From NCBI GenBank assembly GCA_963675595.2, contig CAXXLZ010000002.1, forward strand, positions 1,440,001-1,504,000: 64,000 bases of DNA, in the 5' to 3' direction. The stretch's first letter is position 1. Each line of letters begins with the position of its first letter. The stretch is from Thermodesulfobacteriota bacterium (GTDB lineage: Bacteria; Desulfobacterota; Desulfarculia; JACQYL01). A program made the translations under genes and the position numbers. The notes below the pieces were generated by a model. The model was not told the DNA's origin, searched no databases, and was given only the letters and a program-made list of their open reading frames with translations. Positions 10,060-20,985 of the stretch are shown here, piece by piece.

Positions 10060-10845
10060 TTATGCCCTGTAATCGAAATAAAGCGTCTCCAGACCGCGTT
10101 CTTCGTCGACCGCATAGGTATCCACCACGGTCCCGAACCGTTCTTGGTAGGCCCGAATGATTTCTCCCGAAGTGGAACTAAACCCTTCGAGTCGTTTCCT
10201 ATGCGATGCGGAAGTGTTGTTGAACTGCACCACGCGTCGATGTTCGGAACAGAGAACGGCGGCGTCTCGCATTTCGCCGTGCCGATGAAACACATATACT
10301 TTTTCCTCGGCTCGGGCCTTTCCTTGGAAGGAAAAGGAGAGGATCCCCTTTTTGGACAAAGCTGAACCGTTTTCGTTGATGAGCGCGGCGTACTTTCCAC
10401 GCAATGCGGAAATGTCCTCCACGAAAAAGTACGCCTTATCCACACTGTTTTCCACGTCCCATCCCAGGCCGTAGAACCGCAGATTGGGGTCGAAAAAGAG
10501 TTCCTGCTCCAAAGGCACCTCTTTTTCCGACAAGACCCTCTCCGCAACCGCGGCCGGCTCCGAAGCACCGCACAGGGTGCCGTAGGCCAGACGGCTGGAA
10601 TTGGCTATCCCTCTGAGAGTGTCCACCTTATGGCTGTAAGAAAAAAGGCTGAACTGGTCTGACAGCAGCCGGGTGTCCGCCGAATGCCGAATGCAGCAGT
10701 CAATGTATTCCAGTTCGGTCGAGGTGAGGGCGCTCCCAAAATCGAAAAATCGTTCACAGTGCCAATCGAACAACCGCCTTTGATAGTCCAACCACTCGTT
10801 CTTGTTGAAAACAAAGTCTCTGCCCATGAAGTGAACGACTTTCAT
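10060..10845 (-). CDS. hypothetical protein, possible LynF/TruF/PatF-like (ABBA-fold) prenyltransferase
   Basis: 261-aa ORF with GGGAG RBS, 22 bp downstream of the ABC gene; the CDS is well supported, the function rests on motif resemblance only. Confidence 0.7.
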   Translation of the reverse strand: MKVVHFMGRDFVFNKNEWLDYQRRLFDWHCERFFDFGSALTSTELEYIDCCIRHSADTRLLSDQFSLFSYSHKVDTLRGIANSSRLAYGTLCGASEPAAVAERVLSEKEVPLEQELFFDPNLRFYGLGWDVENSVDKAYFFVEDISALRGKYAALINENGSALSKKGILSFSFQGKARAEEKVYVFHRHGEMRDAAVLCSEHRRVVQFNNTSASHRKRLEGFSSTSGEIIRAYQERFGTVVDTYAVDEERGLETLYFDYRA

Positions 10846-10867
10846 TAATTCTCCCGCTCGGGAAAGA

Positions 10868-12526
10868 TCACAATTCGATGATCCGGTCGAAGCGCTTGGC
10901 CACCGCGTAGGAATGAGTGATGCAGAGGATGGTCACAGGCTTGAACAGCTCCAGTATTTCCTCGACGATAAACCGTTCCGTCTCCGGGTCCAGCGACGAG
11001 GTAAATTCATCCAATACCAGAACCTGCGGCTCGCGGATAAGGGCTCGGGCCAGGGCCAGTCTCTGGGCCTGGCCGCCCGATAGGTTGAAACCGTCCTCTC
11101 CCACCACCGTGTCCAAACCCTCGGGAAGAGTCTGAACCAAAGACTCCAGGCGCACCAGCCGCACGGCCTCCAGGACCTTGTCCATGGGCACGTCGCCCCA
11201 TCCGAAAGAGATGTTGTCTTTCAAGGGCATTTTGAAGATGTAGGATTGCTGACGAACATAGGAGATGGAGTATAGATACAACGGCAGAGGAATGGCGCTG
11301 ATGTCCCTGCCTCCCATCAAGATGACGCCTTCCGTGGGTGTCAGGTATCTAAGAAGCAGGTTGACCAGGGTCGTTTTCCCCCTGCCGCTGGCACCCATGA
11401 TTGCCGCCTTCTCACCCGGATGGACTGAAAATGAGAGATTGGACAGGATGGGCGTACCCGGCTTGTATGCAAAACACACGTTCCTGAACTCGATCGAATT
11501 CTCGTCGGGAAGATCAAGGACGTCACGGACCTCGGCCACAGATTCCTCGGGATAGTCGTGTATCTCCGTGAGGCGCGCCAAGGAAGGCTCGATGCGCAGG
11601 AATTCATTATATCCCACGGAAAGCTCCTGCAGCATGTCCGCAAAGAGCATGAGGTAAATATTGTAGGCCACGATCATACCGATGGTGATGCCGCCCACGT
11701 CCAGGGCGTAGAGAAATCCACCGATGATGAAGGGCAGGAAAAGAATCAGGCTGCCGAGATTCTCGGACAAATACTCCGTGAGATAGAACACATTCAGGAA
11801 TCGAAGGTTAGCCTCCTTGTAACCCCCAACCCGCTCGCCCAGAAGCCCGAAGATCTTCTTGAACTGCTGATAAAAGCGAATCTCGCCGTATCCCTGAAAT
11901 ACGTCCAGGAGCAGGTTGTTCTGGCTGGTAAGGGTCTCCTTGGCGCGCCGCCCTCGCGCCAGGGTCAGCGGTTCCAGCAAAGCCAGTAGAAGCAGCAAAA
12001 CGGGTATGCCCACCAGAGCCAGCAAAGCCAACAACCAATTCCAGGCAAACATGAAGGCCATGATTACGGCGGCCAGGGCCGCATTGGTCAGGCATTTGGC
12101 GAAGTACTTATGGAAAAACGTAGCAATGAGGTCCAGATCCAGACTCATCCGAGTGATCAGGTCGCTCGCGTCGAAGGCGGTGAAGACATGAACCGCTTTG
12201 CGGCGCATGAGATCGTCCAGCAACCTCATCTTGTACTCGGCGAAAACCGTCTCGTTGGCCTTCAGGTAGACACGCAGCGCCAGGATTAGAACCAAGTACG
12301 CCGCCAGGATCAGGCCTACGATGAGGGCCGTGTATTGGAAAAGCAAAGAGATGGATTTCCGAGGAATGATGTCGTCCACGAAGGCCGACAATACTTGGGG
12401 GATGAGTCCCGATAGAACCGCCGCGGGTGCGACCAGAACGAAGAAAAGGACAAAGGCCCGCCGCCGGCGGGCGATTTCAGGGCCGAACAATTGTCTGATT
12501 TGGCCGATCGTCTGGGAGAGGCGCAT
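10868..12526 (-). CDS. ABC exporter, fused permease/ATP-binding protein
   Basis: multi-TM N-terminus; Walker A GASGRGKT, signature LSGGQ, Walker B VLVLDE, H-loop ITH; no N-terminal C39 peptidase. Confidence 0.93.
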   Translation of the reverse strand: MRLSQTIGQIRQLFGPEIARRRRAFVLFFVLVAPAAVLSGLIPQVLSAFVDDIIPRKSISLLFQYTALIVGLILAAYLVLILALRVYLKANETVFAEYKMRLLDDLMRRKAVHVFTAFDASDLITRMSLDLDLIATFFHKYFAKCLTNAALAAVIMAFMFAWNWLLALLALVGIPVLLLLLALLEPLTLARGRRAKETLTSQNNLLLDVFQGYGEIRFYQQFKKIFGLLGERVGGYKEANLRFLNVFYLTEYLSENLGSLILFLPFIIGGFLYALDVGGITIGMIVAYNIYLMLFADMLQELSVGYNEFLRIEPSLARLTEIHDYPEESVAEVRDVLDLPDENSIEFRNVCFAYKPGTPILSNLSFSVHPGEKAAIMGASGRGKTTLVNLLLRYLTPTEGVILMGGRDISAIPLPLYLYSISYVRQQSYIFKMPLKDNISFGWGDVPMDKVLEAVRLVRLESLVQTLPEGLDTVVGEDGFNLSGGQAQRLALARALIREPQVLVLDEFTSSLDPETERFIVEEILELFKPVTILCITHSYAVAKRFDRIIEL

Positions 12527-12608
12527 GAGAGTGCCCGATCAGTAACATGAACCGGCGTTGTCGATGTGCGATCGCTTCAGCGGAATAGGAGCCGTGTTTT
12601 CAAACCCG

Positions 12609-12638
12609 AACATGCCTCTAAGAGCCGTTTCTTGTCAA
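12609..12638 (-). promoter_or_regulatory. putative sigma70 promoter for the ABC exporter operon
   Basis: TTGACA (12638-12633), 18-bp spacer, weak -10 CATGTT. Confidence 0.35.
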
Positions 12639-12708
12639 GTGAGGAAGTTCCGACCATCTTCAATTCGTCGAATCGTCACACACCGCCATCCGTCCGAGTG
12701 CCGGAGAA

Positions 12709-15700
12709 TCAAGCCTCCGCCCGGTTCCGAATCGATTCACTTGTTCGGGATAAAACGGACCTCACCGTCGCCCCCAAGTCCCGCATGGTGAAGGGCTTCT
12801 GAAGAAAATGAACTCCCTCGTCCAGCACCCCGTGCCGAGCGATGGCATCGGCCGTATAGCCTGAAATGAACACGCTTCTGAGATCCGAGTATCGCGCTGA
12901 AATCCGGTCGGTCAACTCCCTGCCGTTCATTTCGGGCATGACCACGTCCGTCATGAGCAGATGGATGTCTCCATCGTGTGCCTCCGCCATGCGGATGGCC
13001 TCACTCGGAGTGCCGGCGGACAACACCCGATACCCCAACCTTTCAAGCATGGCCCTCACCATCTTCAGCATGGCCGCCTCATCCTCCACCAGAAGTATGG
13101 TCTCCCTGCCCGTGGCCGGCGCTGCGGTCTCTGTTTTGTTCCGAGTCTCCTCCGAGGCGGCGGTTTCGTGCCTGGGGAAATAGATTCGGAACATCGCTCC
13201 GTTGCCCGGCTCGCTGTGAACATTGATCATACCGTTATTCTGTTTGACGATGCCGTAGACCGTGGCCAGACCGAGCCCCGTGCCTTTGCCCACTCCCTTG
13301 GTGGTGAAGAAAGGCTCGAAGAGATTGCGTCGTGTTTCCTCGTCCATGCCGCATCCGCTGTCACGCACGGACAACAGCACGTATCCGCCGGAAATGTGGG
13401 CCTCATGGTTCGAATAGTAATCGTCGTCCACGACCACGTTCCTGGTCTCGATGACGACCTTCCCCACACCCGCAATGGCGTCTCGCGCGTTGACGCACAG
13501 ATTGGCCAGAACCTGATCGATCTGACCGGGATCCACCTTTACAGGCCACAAGTTCTTGCCCGGAAGCCAAGCCAGGTCGATGTCTTCACCGATGAGCCGT
13601 CGCAACATCTTGAGCATACCTTCCACGGTCTCGTTGAGATCGAGCACCTCCGGACTGATGGTCTGCTTACGTGCAAAGGCGAGAAGCTGGCGTGTCAAAT
13701 CGGCGGAACGCCGGGCGGCTTTCAGGATTTCCTGAAGGTCGGCGAAGAGCGGCTCTGCGCGATCCGTTTGTGCGATGGCCAATTCCGTGTGACCCAGAAT
13801 CACGCCCAACATGTTGTTGAAGTCGTGAGCCACTCCTCCGGCCAAACGGCCCACGGATTCCATCTTCTGAGCCTGGGTCAACTGAGCCTGCAACTGCTCT
13901 CGTTCTTCTTCGGCCCTCTTGCGTTCGGTAATATCCGTCGCCACCGCGAGAAGCCGATCGCAAGAACCATCTTCCTCGACCAAGGGCAGTTTTGCGATGG
14001 ACAGGCAATGGACGGAGCCGTCGGCAAAGGTGAGCTTCTGTTCCGGAACCCGAAGTATCCGTCTCTCCTGAACGACTTGAAGATCATCCTTTCTGCACTC
14101 TTCGATTTCTTCCGAAGAAGGACTGAATTCGGAATCCGCGTGCCCCTCAAGCCCCGTTTTGGTTGTTCCATAGGCCGCACAAAGCGCGCTGTTGGCCAAT
14201 GAATAGACCCCTTGAACGTCTTTTACGCCGATAAGCGCCGGCACCGCGTCGATGACCCGACGCAGGAAATCCCTGTGGTTCTGCAGCGCCCGTTCCACCC
14301 GTTTACTTTCCGTGATGTCGGTGCCGATTCCACACAAAGCCACGGGACGCCCATTCTCGTCGTTGATGGTGTGCGTTCGGCAATCCAATAAGATGGGGGT
14401 TCCATCAAAGCGGTAGTCGACCACCTCACCCCGCCATTCACCGTGCTTCAAGGTTTCGCGGATGATCATGTCCTGGATCCTGCCGACAGCGGGATTCTCA
14501 CTGGGAATGACGATACGCCGGCCGATGAGTTGATCCCGGGTCAGGCCTATCATTCGACACTCGGCATCGTTCACGTAGGTAACACGCCCGTCCAGGTCGG
14601 TCACGGTAACTATATCCCGAATCTGGTTGAGTACGCGTGACTGGAATCTCAGTTGTTCCTCGTTTTGTTTGCGTTCGGTGATGTCGATGGCCGTTGCGGA
14701 GATATAGGCGGGATTGCCGGAAGCGTCTCGGATCAACATGGCGTTCATGAGCGAAGGGAAAACAGACCCGTCCCGCCGTTTATGCCACACCTCCTCGGCA
14801 TGGAAACCGCCCTCCCCCAAGATACGATCGAGAAGCGCGCTGACCCCGGGCATCTGCTCATCGCAGTGAAAAACGGAGAGATGCCGGCCGAGCAGTTCCT
14901 GAGGGTCCCAGCCGTGTAGGCGTCCAAAGGCCTCGTTCACATACAGTATGACACCTTCCGTGGATGCGATGGCGGTACCGTAGTTGGCTTTGTCCGCGAT
15001 TGTTCTAAATTTCCGCAGCTCTTCGAGAACCGTGGTTCTCTCCGAGAGAGCCCGCGATAGTCGAATCGAGCTGTAACTGAGGGAAGCGATCAAGGCGGCC
15101 AGGCCCGCATAAAACGAAATAGCCGCATCCACCTTTTCCCGGCTCCAGCGGGGCACGCGCTCGAAGGCTGCGATATACTCTTCCTCATCGAACCCATACT
15201 CACGCGCCTGGCTCCGGAAGGTTTCCACGTCCGGAGTCTCGTCTTCGTAAAAATATTGTCCCAAAAAGATGTTGCCCACATGCCGGCCTCCCACTTCGAT
15301 GGGAGTGACGATGTCCCAAAGGTTGTTCTTGCAGCGATAGGCCTTGAAGGTTCCGGCCGGCACGCCTCCGGACAACATCGTGTCGCTTTCCAGGCAATTC
15401 CGACAACTGTCCGGGTGAATTCTATGAAACTTCGTACAGATGTCCTGCCATCCTACCGCCACCAGCACTTCGCCGGAAACGTCAAGCAAAGCGCTGCTGA
15501 TATCGGTCAGCCGATGGAAGTCCTCCATGATGGTCTGCAGCGACCGGGAGTCGATGATATCGGCAAGGCTCAAGGAGCCGAGGTCCCCTTCCGGTTCAAG
15601 GATGGCCTGCAGTTTCTTCCGGACTTCACTTTCCCGATCCCGAAGCGCCTCCTCCGCCTTCCTGCGTTCCGTAATATCACTGAGAAAATTGAGGGTAGCC

Positions 15701-17283
15701 GCTTTTCCCTGCCATTGAATGGAAACGACATTGAGTTCCACCCATCGCACGTCGCCCGGACGACGTATGATCCTGAAGGCGTACCGGGATGGAAGCGCCA
15801 CTCCCTCCAATCGTTGCCGGTGTCGGTCCAGCACAAAGGCCACATCGTCCGGGTGCATGAATTCAACGAAAGGTCTGGAGAGGAGCTCTTCCCGTGAGTA
15901 TCCGGTGACCTCTTCCGCATTGGCATTGACAAATTTCAGCCTTCCGTCTTGAGCCACAAAGATCGCCTCTCCGGCGTGTTCCACCAGAATCCGGTATTTC
16001 TCCTCGCTCTCGCGCAGGGCTTTCTCGGCGCCGCGCATACGGCCGATCATGGTGCCGAGCAAAATCGACAACCCGGCCAACACCATGATCACAACCAGGG
16101 TGGGCACCAGGACGTTGCCGTGCTTCCCCCAAATGGAGACGGGCCGATTGATCACTTTCGCCTCGGGAGGCCAAGCGCTTTCGGGAATATCAAAGCGGGA
16201 CAACACCCGGTAGTCCAAGACCGGATGGGATACGCTGGGCTCAACGGCAATACGGGAAGGCGCTTCGCCGGCCAGCACTCTAAGTGCCAATCCACCGGCC
16301 TGTTTACCGTGTTCTTGACCCTCCAACAACATGCCCCCGACGATGCCGTACCCCAACCTTGTTTCATGCATGGCGTAGACCGGCACCGGACTCAGAGAAG
16401 AAATCAGGCGAGTACTCTCTTCCCGAGTGTAGGTGCGGCCGGTCCGGTCCGTTACGTACGTCAGGATCATCACCACACCATCGCTCGGCATCGCTTTCAA
16501 CTCCCGAGTCAGGCCTTCCAAGGAGTCGTCCGAAGAGTATACCACCTCCACTTTTCCGTCGAATTGAGGCAGGACTTTCTCCATTTCCCTGCGAACCGCC
16601 AGTCCGCTCGCCATATGGTCATGAATCGCCAAAACGGTTCTCACGCCGGGTTGCATCCTCATCGCCATTTGGAGGGTGCCCGCCATATCCTCCCTTTCGG
16701 CCACCCCCGTGATGTTGGCCCGGCCTGCGATCATTTCGGGCCGGAATCCGTTGACCCCGGCGAAGACCACCGGAACATCGGGAAAGAGCTCACTTCCGTG
16801 TTGGAGCATCAAGTCGAAGGCCGGGTTGTCGAGAACCATGACCAGGTCCGGAGAATGGTCACGATATTTTTCGGAAAGACGTCTTTCCATCCGATCCAAA
16901 TCATCAGGCGAATGAAAACGTTTGGCGTCCAGGTGTTCAATGTACGGAACCAAATTTGGATATCGCGCCCGGAGCACGCTCAGGACACCCGATATTTCGT
17001 GGTCCGACCAGGCCTCGCCCTGATGGTAGGAGTTCAGGATCAGGACCGAAGGGATGTCCGAACCGGCGCATAGCCCCCCCCCGACCGCGATGATCGCCGA
17101 GAATACGAAAACGAGCGTCGCCGCGAGGCATACGACCGCAAAAGACGTTCTCCGCGACACCTGCCGCCACACCGTCTCCGAAAAGACTTCCGAACCGGCA
17201 GGTCCGAGGAGACACGCCGCTCTTTCGAAGGCCGGTTTACGGCCCTTCCGCACGATGAACCGCAAGGAGTTCTTCCTCATCAT
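12709..17283 (-). CDS. membrane hybrid sensor kinase (periplasmic ABC-SBP-like domain, PAS, PocR, 3xPAS, HisKA, HATPase, REC)
   Basis: [10 protein letters not shown] periplasmic domain; Poc[12 protein letters not shown]...YRCKNNL; [12 protein letters not shown]; [15 protein letters not shown]; ILLVEDE...LLMTDVVMP; true start may lie downstream. Confidence 0.92.
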   Translation of the reverse strand: MMRKNSLRFIVRKGRKPAFERAACLLGPAGSEVFSETVWRQVSRRTSFAVVCLAATLVFVFSAIIAVGGGLCAGSDIPSVLILNSYHQGEAWSDHEISGVLSVLRARYPNLVPYIEHLDAKRFHSPDDLDRMERRLSEKYRDHSPDLVMVLDNPAFDLMLQHGSELFPDVPVVFAGVNGFRPEMIAGRANITGVAEREDMAGTLQMAMRMQPGVRTVLAIHDHMASGLAVRREMEKVLPQFDGKVEVVYSSDDSLEGLTRELKAMPSDGVVMILTYVTDRTGRTYTREESTRLISSLSPVPVYAMHETRLGYGIVGGMLLEGQEHGKQAGGLALRVLAGEAPSRIAVEPSVSHPVLDYRVLSRFDIPESAWPPEAKVINRPVSIWGKHGNVLVPTLVVIMVLAGLSILLGTMIGRMRGAEKALRESEEKYRILVEHAGEAIFVAQDGRLKFVNANAEEVTGYSREELLSRPFVEFMHPDDVAFVLDRHRQRLEGVALPSRYAFRIIRRPGDVRWVELNVVSIQWQGKAATLNFLSDITERRKAEEALRDRESEVRKKLQAILEPEGDLGSLSLADIIDSRSLQTIMEDFHRLTDISSALLDVSGEVLVAVGWQDICTKFHRIHPDSCRNCLESDTMLSGGVPAGTFKAYRCKNNLWDIVTPIEVGGRHVGNIFLGQYFYEDETPDVETFRSQAREYGFDEEEYIAAFERVPRWSREKVDAAISFYAGLAALIASLSYSSIRLSRALSERTTVLEELRKFRTIADKANYGTAIASTEGVILYVNEAFGRLHGWDPQELLGRHLSVFHCDEQMPGVSALLDRILGEGGFHAEEVWHKRRDGSVFPSLMNAMLIRDASGNPAYISATAIDITERKQNEEQLRFQSRVLNQIRDIVTVTDLDGRVTYVNDAECRMIGLTRDQLIGRRIVIPSENPAVGRIQDMIIRETLKHGEWRGEVVDYRFDGTPILLDCRTHTINDENGRPVALCGIGTDITESKRVERALQNHRDFLRRVIDAVPALIGVKDVQGVYSLANSALCAAYGTTKTGLEGHADSEFSPSSEEIEECRKDDLQVVQERRILRVPEQKLTFADGSVHCLSIAKLPLVEEDGSCDRLLAVATDITERKRAEEEREQLQAQLTQAQKMESVGRLAGGVAHDFNNMLGVILGHTELAIAQTDRAEPLFADLQEILKAARRSADLTRQLLAFARKQTISPEVLDLNETVEGMLKMLRRLIGEDIDLAWLPGKNLWPVKVDPGQIDQVLANLCVNARDAIAGVGKVVIETRNVVVDDDYYSNHEAHISGGYVLLSVRDSGCGMDEETRRNLFEPFFTTKGVGKGTGLGLATVYGIVKQNNGMINVHSEPGNGAMFRIYFPRHETAASEETRNKTETAAPATGRETILLVEDEAAMLKMVRAMLERLGYRVLSAGTPSEAIRMAEAHDGDIHLLMTDVVMPEMNGRELTDRISARYSDLRSVFISGYTADAIARHGVLDEGVHFLQKPFTMRDLGATVRSVLSRTSESIRNRAEA

Positions 17284-17504
17284 AGTCCTCCTTCCGGCGA
17301 ACTCACAGCCGTTCTAAGCGCTTCAACACGGTTCTCAAACGTCTTCGATCATTCATCCCCGAAAATGCACCCTAGGACGGCGATTCGCATGAGAGTTCAA
17401 AGCGGGAAATTACTCATGGTCCCCGTCCAAGCCTTATCTAATTCACTTCCGATCAATATTTGCTGCAAAGGAACGGCTTGGGACTCCTCCGCGCGAAGCC
17501 CTTT

Positions 17505-19508
17505 TCATGCCCGTTCGCAGTCTCCCATGTCCCGCAGACACGCGACCAACCGGGTTCCTTCCATGGGACGATGTCGGACGTTGACATAGACGGCAAAGAG
17601 GCTTCCGTCCTTGCGTCGGTGACGGGAAATGAACCGATCCCCACCCTGATCAAGAACCCTTCTGATGCGCGCTTCCGTGTCCCGGGGCGTATGGGCCACG
17701 TCCAATTCCCCGAAATACATTCCCACCAGTTCTTCCTCGCTGTAACCGCTCATTCGGCAGTAGCTCTCGTTGGCTTCCAGCACGAAGCCACGGTCGTCAA
17801 GAATAAGAAATCCGTCCATGACGGGTGCCGGCTCCGTCCGATACCGCTCTTCCTTTCCCCTGAGCCCTCCTCCGGCCCGACTCTTCTGCAAGGCCAGCGC
17901 CGCCAGTCGTCCGAAAGACTCGGCCATGCGCAGATCGTCCTCTGTGAATCCGTCGGGCTTATTGGCAAACCCCATGACACCCGCAGTCTTGTTCTGAATC
18001 CGCATGGGCACGAACATCACGTTCTTCAGGTTCACATGTCCGGATGGCAGGTAAGCGGCCCACGTTCCGTTCATGAAATCGTTGTCCAAGACCGGACATC
18101 CCGTCTCGGAGGCTTCTCTTTCAAGGCCCTGGACCGGCATGGGGAAGCTCGGGTCAACACTGCAGGGAAGGCCCCCGGACTCGAGCAGCAGCATTTCATT
18201 CTCTTCGCCGCCTGCACGAAGCAGGGAGAAGTAGCCCGACTGAGCCCCGATCAGGTCCCGGGCTTTGTTGAAGATACGTCCGGCCGCACGATTGAAGTCC
18301 TCCTCATCGAGCACGCTCCCGGCACCCGCGAGGAGAAATTCCAGTTCTCTCTCTCTACGGTTCAAATCACGCCTCATCCGATCCCGCTCCATCTCGCCCC
18401 GTTTGTATCGGGTGATATCGGAGAAGATGCAACCGAATTGTCTGCGCCCGGGTCGAAAAGCCCGCACTTTGAAATGCCTGTCCAATTCGGCGCAATAGTT
18501 CTCAAAGCTGATCGGCTTGCCGGTCACCACTACACTGCCGTAAGCCTGGACCCAATGGGGCTCCACACCGGGCAGGACTTCCAGTACCGTCTTTCCCAAG
18601 ATATCGTGGGCCTTCAGCCCCGTCAGTCTCTCAAAGGCCGGATTGACGGACAAAAAGCGATAGTCGGACGGTTGCTCCCGTGCGTCGAAAATGATTTCGT
18701 GCAGTGCCAAGCCGTCCGGCATTTCATGAAACAGGATTTCGTAGTCTTTCTCCAAACGACGAAGTTCGGTTACGTCCCGCCCTATCGACAAGACGGACTC
18801 TACCGCACCGTCCGAATCGAACTCCGGAAGAAACCGCCACTCGAAAATGATCCAACCCTGTTTTCCCTCCAGAGAAAACTCCGTGTCGAAATAGGCACCG
18901 TTCTCGCATACTCGGCGAATCGCATCGTCCACTTGGGCACAAACGGGTTCGGGAAAACCAAGCTCTCGTTGCGTTCTTCCCATCATATGGGAGGAAGAGA
19001 TTCCAGTGGCCACTTCCGCATCACGGGATACGAAGAGATGTCTTCCCTCTCGGTCATACCGAATCACCACTCCCGGCATGCTCTGAAGAAGCGACCTATG
19101 TGCCTCCTCCTTTTGCTTCAGTAAGTTCTCGGCCTGTACCCGCTCATTGTCCAATATGCGGTTGCGGCGGATCATTTGGCTGATATTCAGAGCCAGAAGT
19201 CCGATTTCATCCCCACGGCGGCATAAGTGCTCCGGTAAAGGATCGAGACGGTTTTCCGCAGGTCGCAGGTGTACCGACAGCTCCTCGAGAGGACCAACGA
19301 TTCCGCGTTGCAGAAGACACCAGACGGCGGCAATCAAAACGAAGTCGAAAGCGGCGATGGAAAACGGGAGCGAGAACAGTGTCCGGGATTGGAAGCCCGT
19401 TTCAGGGACCACCAGAGTCAAAGCAATGTGCGTCACCGCAAGAACGATCGAAATCAGAACAACTCGCAATGTAAGAGACATAGTGGAACCCGAAAATCTG
19501 CGTATCAA
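17505..19508 (-). CDS. 2TM-HAMP-PAS-PAS-GAF-PAS sensor protein without output domain (possibly truncated kinase)
   Basis: two TM helices, HAMP (RGDEIGLLA), PAS/GAF motifs; stops right after the last PAC (LRDMGDCERA*); alternative start ATG 19481. Confidence 0.75.
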   Translation of the reverse strand: MIRRFSGSTMSLTLRVVLISIVLAVTHIALTLVVPETGFQSRTLFSLPFSIAAFDFVLIAAVWCLLQRGIVGPLEELSVHLRPAENRLDPLPEHLCRRGDEIGLLALNISQMIRRNRILDNERVQAENLLKQKEEAHRSLLQSMPGVVIRYDREGRHLFVSRDAEVATGISSSHMMGRTQRELGFPEPVCAQVDDAIRRVCENGAYFDTEFSLEGKQGWIIFEWRFLPEFDSDGAVESVLSIGRDVTELRRLEKDYEILFHEMPDGLALHEIIFDAREQPSDYRFLSVNPAFERLTGLKAHDILGKTVLEVLPGVEPHWVQAYGSVVVTGKPISFENYCAELDRHFKVRAFRPGRRQFGCIFSDITRYKRGEMERDRMRRDLNRRERELEFLLAGAGSVLDEEDFNRAAGRIFNKARDLIGAQSGYFSLLRAGGEENEMLLLESGGLPCSVDPSFPMPVQGLEREASETGCPVLDNDFMNGTWAAYLPSGHVNLKNVMFVPMRIQNKTAGVMGFANKPDGFTEDDLRMAESFGRLAALALQKSRAGGGLRGKEERYRTEPAPVMDGFLILDDRGFVLEANESYCRMSGYSEEELVGMYFGELDVAHTPRDTEARIRRVLDQGGDRFISRHRRKDGSLFAVYVNVRHRPMEGTRLVACLRDMGDCERA

Positions 19509-19782
19509 GAATGAAGGCCATCCGTTCGTCGTCGAACGAAAACATGAAGAGATCGGACTTCATCGAAACGCTTGTCGGCCTCCCTTGGTGTGAGGGGCCG
19601 AGAAAGCGTTTCGAAAAACGATGGTATCGTGGTCAACCGGTTTTCCATTGGGCTGAAAAGGTGCCTGTAGAGATTCCGACCCGCGTCGGAAGCGCTGTAA
19701 ACCTTTCTCGTCGTCCAACGTGAGAACCTGCTCCGGGCGAATCTCCTCAAATCGAGCCGCGTTGTTTCCGGAGCGGTGCCCA

Positions 19783-20298
19783 TCAGTGCATCAGCTGTGA
19801 GGTATCGAACTCCTTTTCCGCGAGTACCCGATCAATATCGAGCAGGACCTTGATGCTTCCCGCGGCCTTGGCGATTCCCAGTATGTATTCATTGTCGAGT
19901 TCGGCTCCAAAGGAAGGAGTGTCCTCGATTTCGCCCTCTCTGATGTTCAGCACTTCCGATACGGAATCCACCACGAGTCCCATTTCCAGTCGTCCGCGTT
20001 CGCTTTCCGTTTCCACCACCACAATACAGGTGCGGCTAGTGAATTCCTTCGCCTCCATTCCGAACCGTAACCTGAGATCCAGCACCGGAATGACCTTACC
20101 CCTCAAATTGATGACCCCCTTCACATACTCGGGGGTTCTCGGAATCGGAGTAATGGACATCACGCCGATAATCTCTCTGATTTTCATAATCCCGATGCCA
20201 AATTCCTCGCCGGCCAGGGAGAAAGTGAGATATTTTCCGGTCTTGTCGTCCGGATGTCCCTGATCATGAAACTCCCCGCCCCTCGGTCTCGCTTCCAT
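19783..20298 (-). CDS. cheW: chemotaxis adaptor CheW
   Basis: KYLTFSLAGEEFGI, PEYVKGVINLRGKVIPVLDLR, GLVVDSVSEV; AGGAGG RBS. Confidence 0.95.
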   Translation of the reverse strand: MEARPRGGEFHDQGHPDDKTGKYLTFSLAGEEFGIGIMKIREIIGVMSITPIPRTPEYVKGVINLRGKVIPVLDLRLRFGMEAKEFTSRTCIVVVETESERGRLEMGLVVDSVSEVLNIREGEIEDTPSFGAELDNEYILGIAKAAGSIKVLLDIDRVLAEKEFDTSQLMH

Positions 20299-20512
20299 TC
20301 ACATTCCTCCTTTTGATTCTCCGGATGTTCGCCTTCCGACGCCCATTCGGCGCCATAGGCCCCCGCCGCCTCATGCAGTTCCTTCGGAACCTCTTTTCCG
20401 GTAAAGACCCGGAGAAGGCCCGTTTGCGATTTTAGTACTCGCGGGTAAGGTTCGGGCATTCCCAACAATATCCCACCGGACGGTTCCGCACTCCTCGCCG
20501 GCCGTTCAAGTG

Positions 20513-20528
20513 TGCAAGCATCAGGCCG
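20513..20528 (-). promoter_or_regulatory. putative sigma54 (-24/-12) promoter upstream of cheW
   Basis: minus strand CGGCCTGATGCTTGCA = GG-N10-GC with TTGCA. Confidence 0.4.
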
Positions 20529-20985
20529 GCTCCAGCGTCTCGCCTCGCGAATCACTCGGCTCGCCCGAAAGTACGAAGCCGATGCAAAGCCGTGGCGGGT
20601 CTTAAAGCTTAATGAAGAAAAGGTTCGGACATAGATGACAATAAGACTGAAAATAAAGTCCCACGGCGGGCAGTCGTTGTTGTTACTTGCGGCATGGGCG
20701 AATTATGGTCGATACGCTTCGCTTTTCGTGAATTCCCGATTCAAGAGGTAGGAAATGGTCTTACCGCAGACAGATGAAGAAATGCGCGCGCGAGGTCTTT
20801 GGAAGAGGACTTCCGGTATACCGCAGTGGGTTATGCCTCTCCCGACTGTCCTGCAAATCGGACCCCGGGAATTGAAGCACGCTGATATACTCGGGTAACC
20901 TATTAATCTTAAATCAGAACCTTGAGAGTCTCTCAAACCGGACATGTCCAGTTTATTGGACACCGGCATTCGCTGGGCGGTTCGT

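Noticed and set aside
12526-12613. in-frame TGA joining the 24-aa micro-ORF to the ABC exporter (selenocysteine read-through?)
   Set aside because: no recognisable SECIS, ABC exporters are not known selenoproteins, and frame coincidence is 1 in 3
17460-19124. long antisense ORFs (e.g. 17460-19124 +, 54935-56611 -, 39047-40510 -, 12961-14202 +, 41782-43062 +)
   Set aside because: shadows of real GC-rich genes on the opposite strand; no motifs
20555-20610. GAAA-containing hairpin followed by GATGCAAAGCC, reminiscent of a c-di-GMP-I riboswitch
   Set aside because: lacks the upstream GGCAAA element, and is on the strand opposite to cheW with no substantial downstream gene
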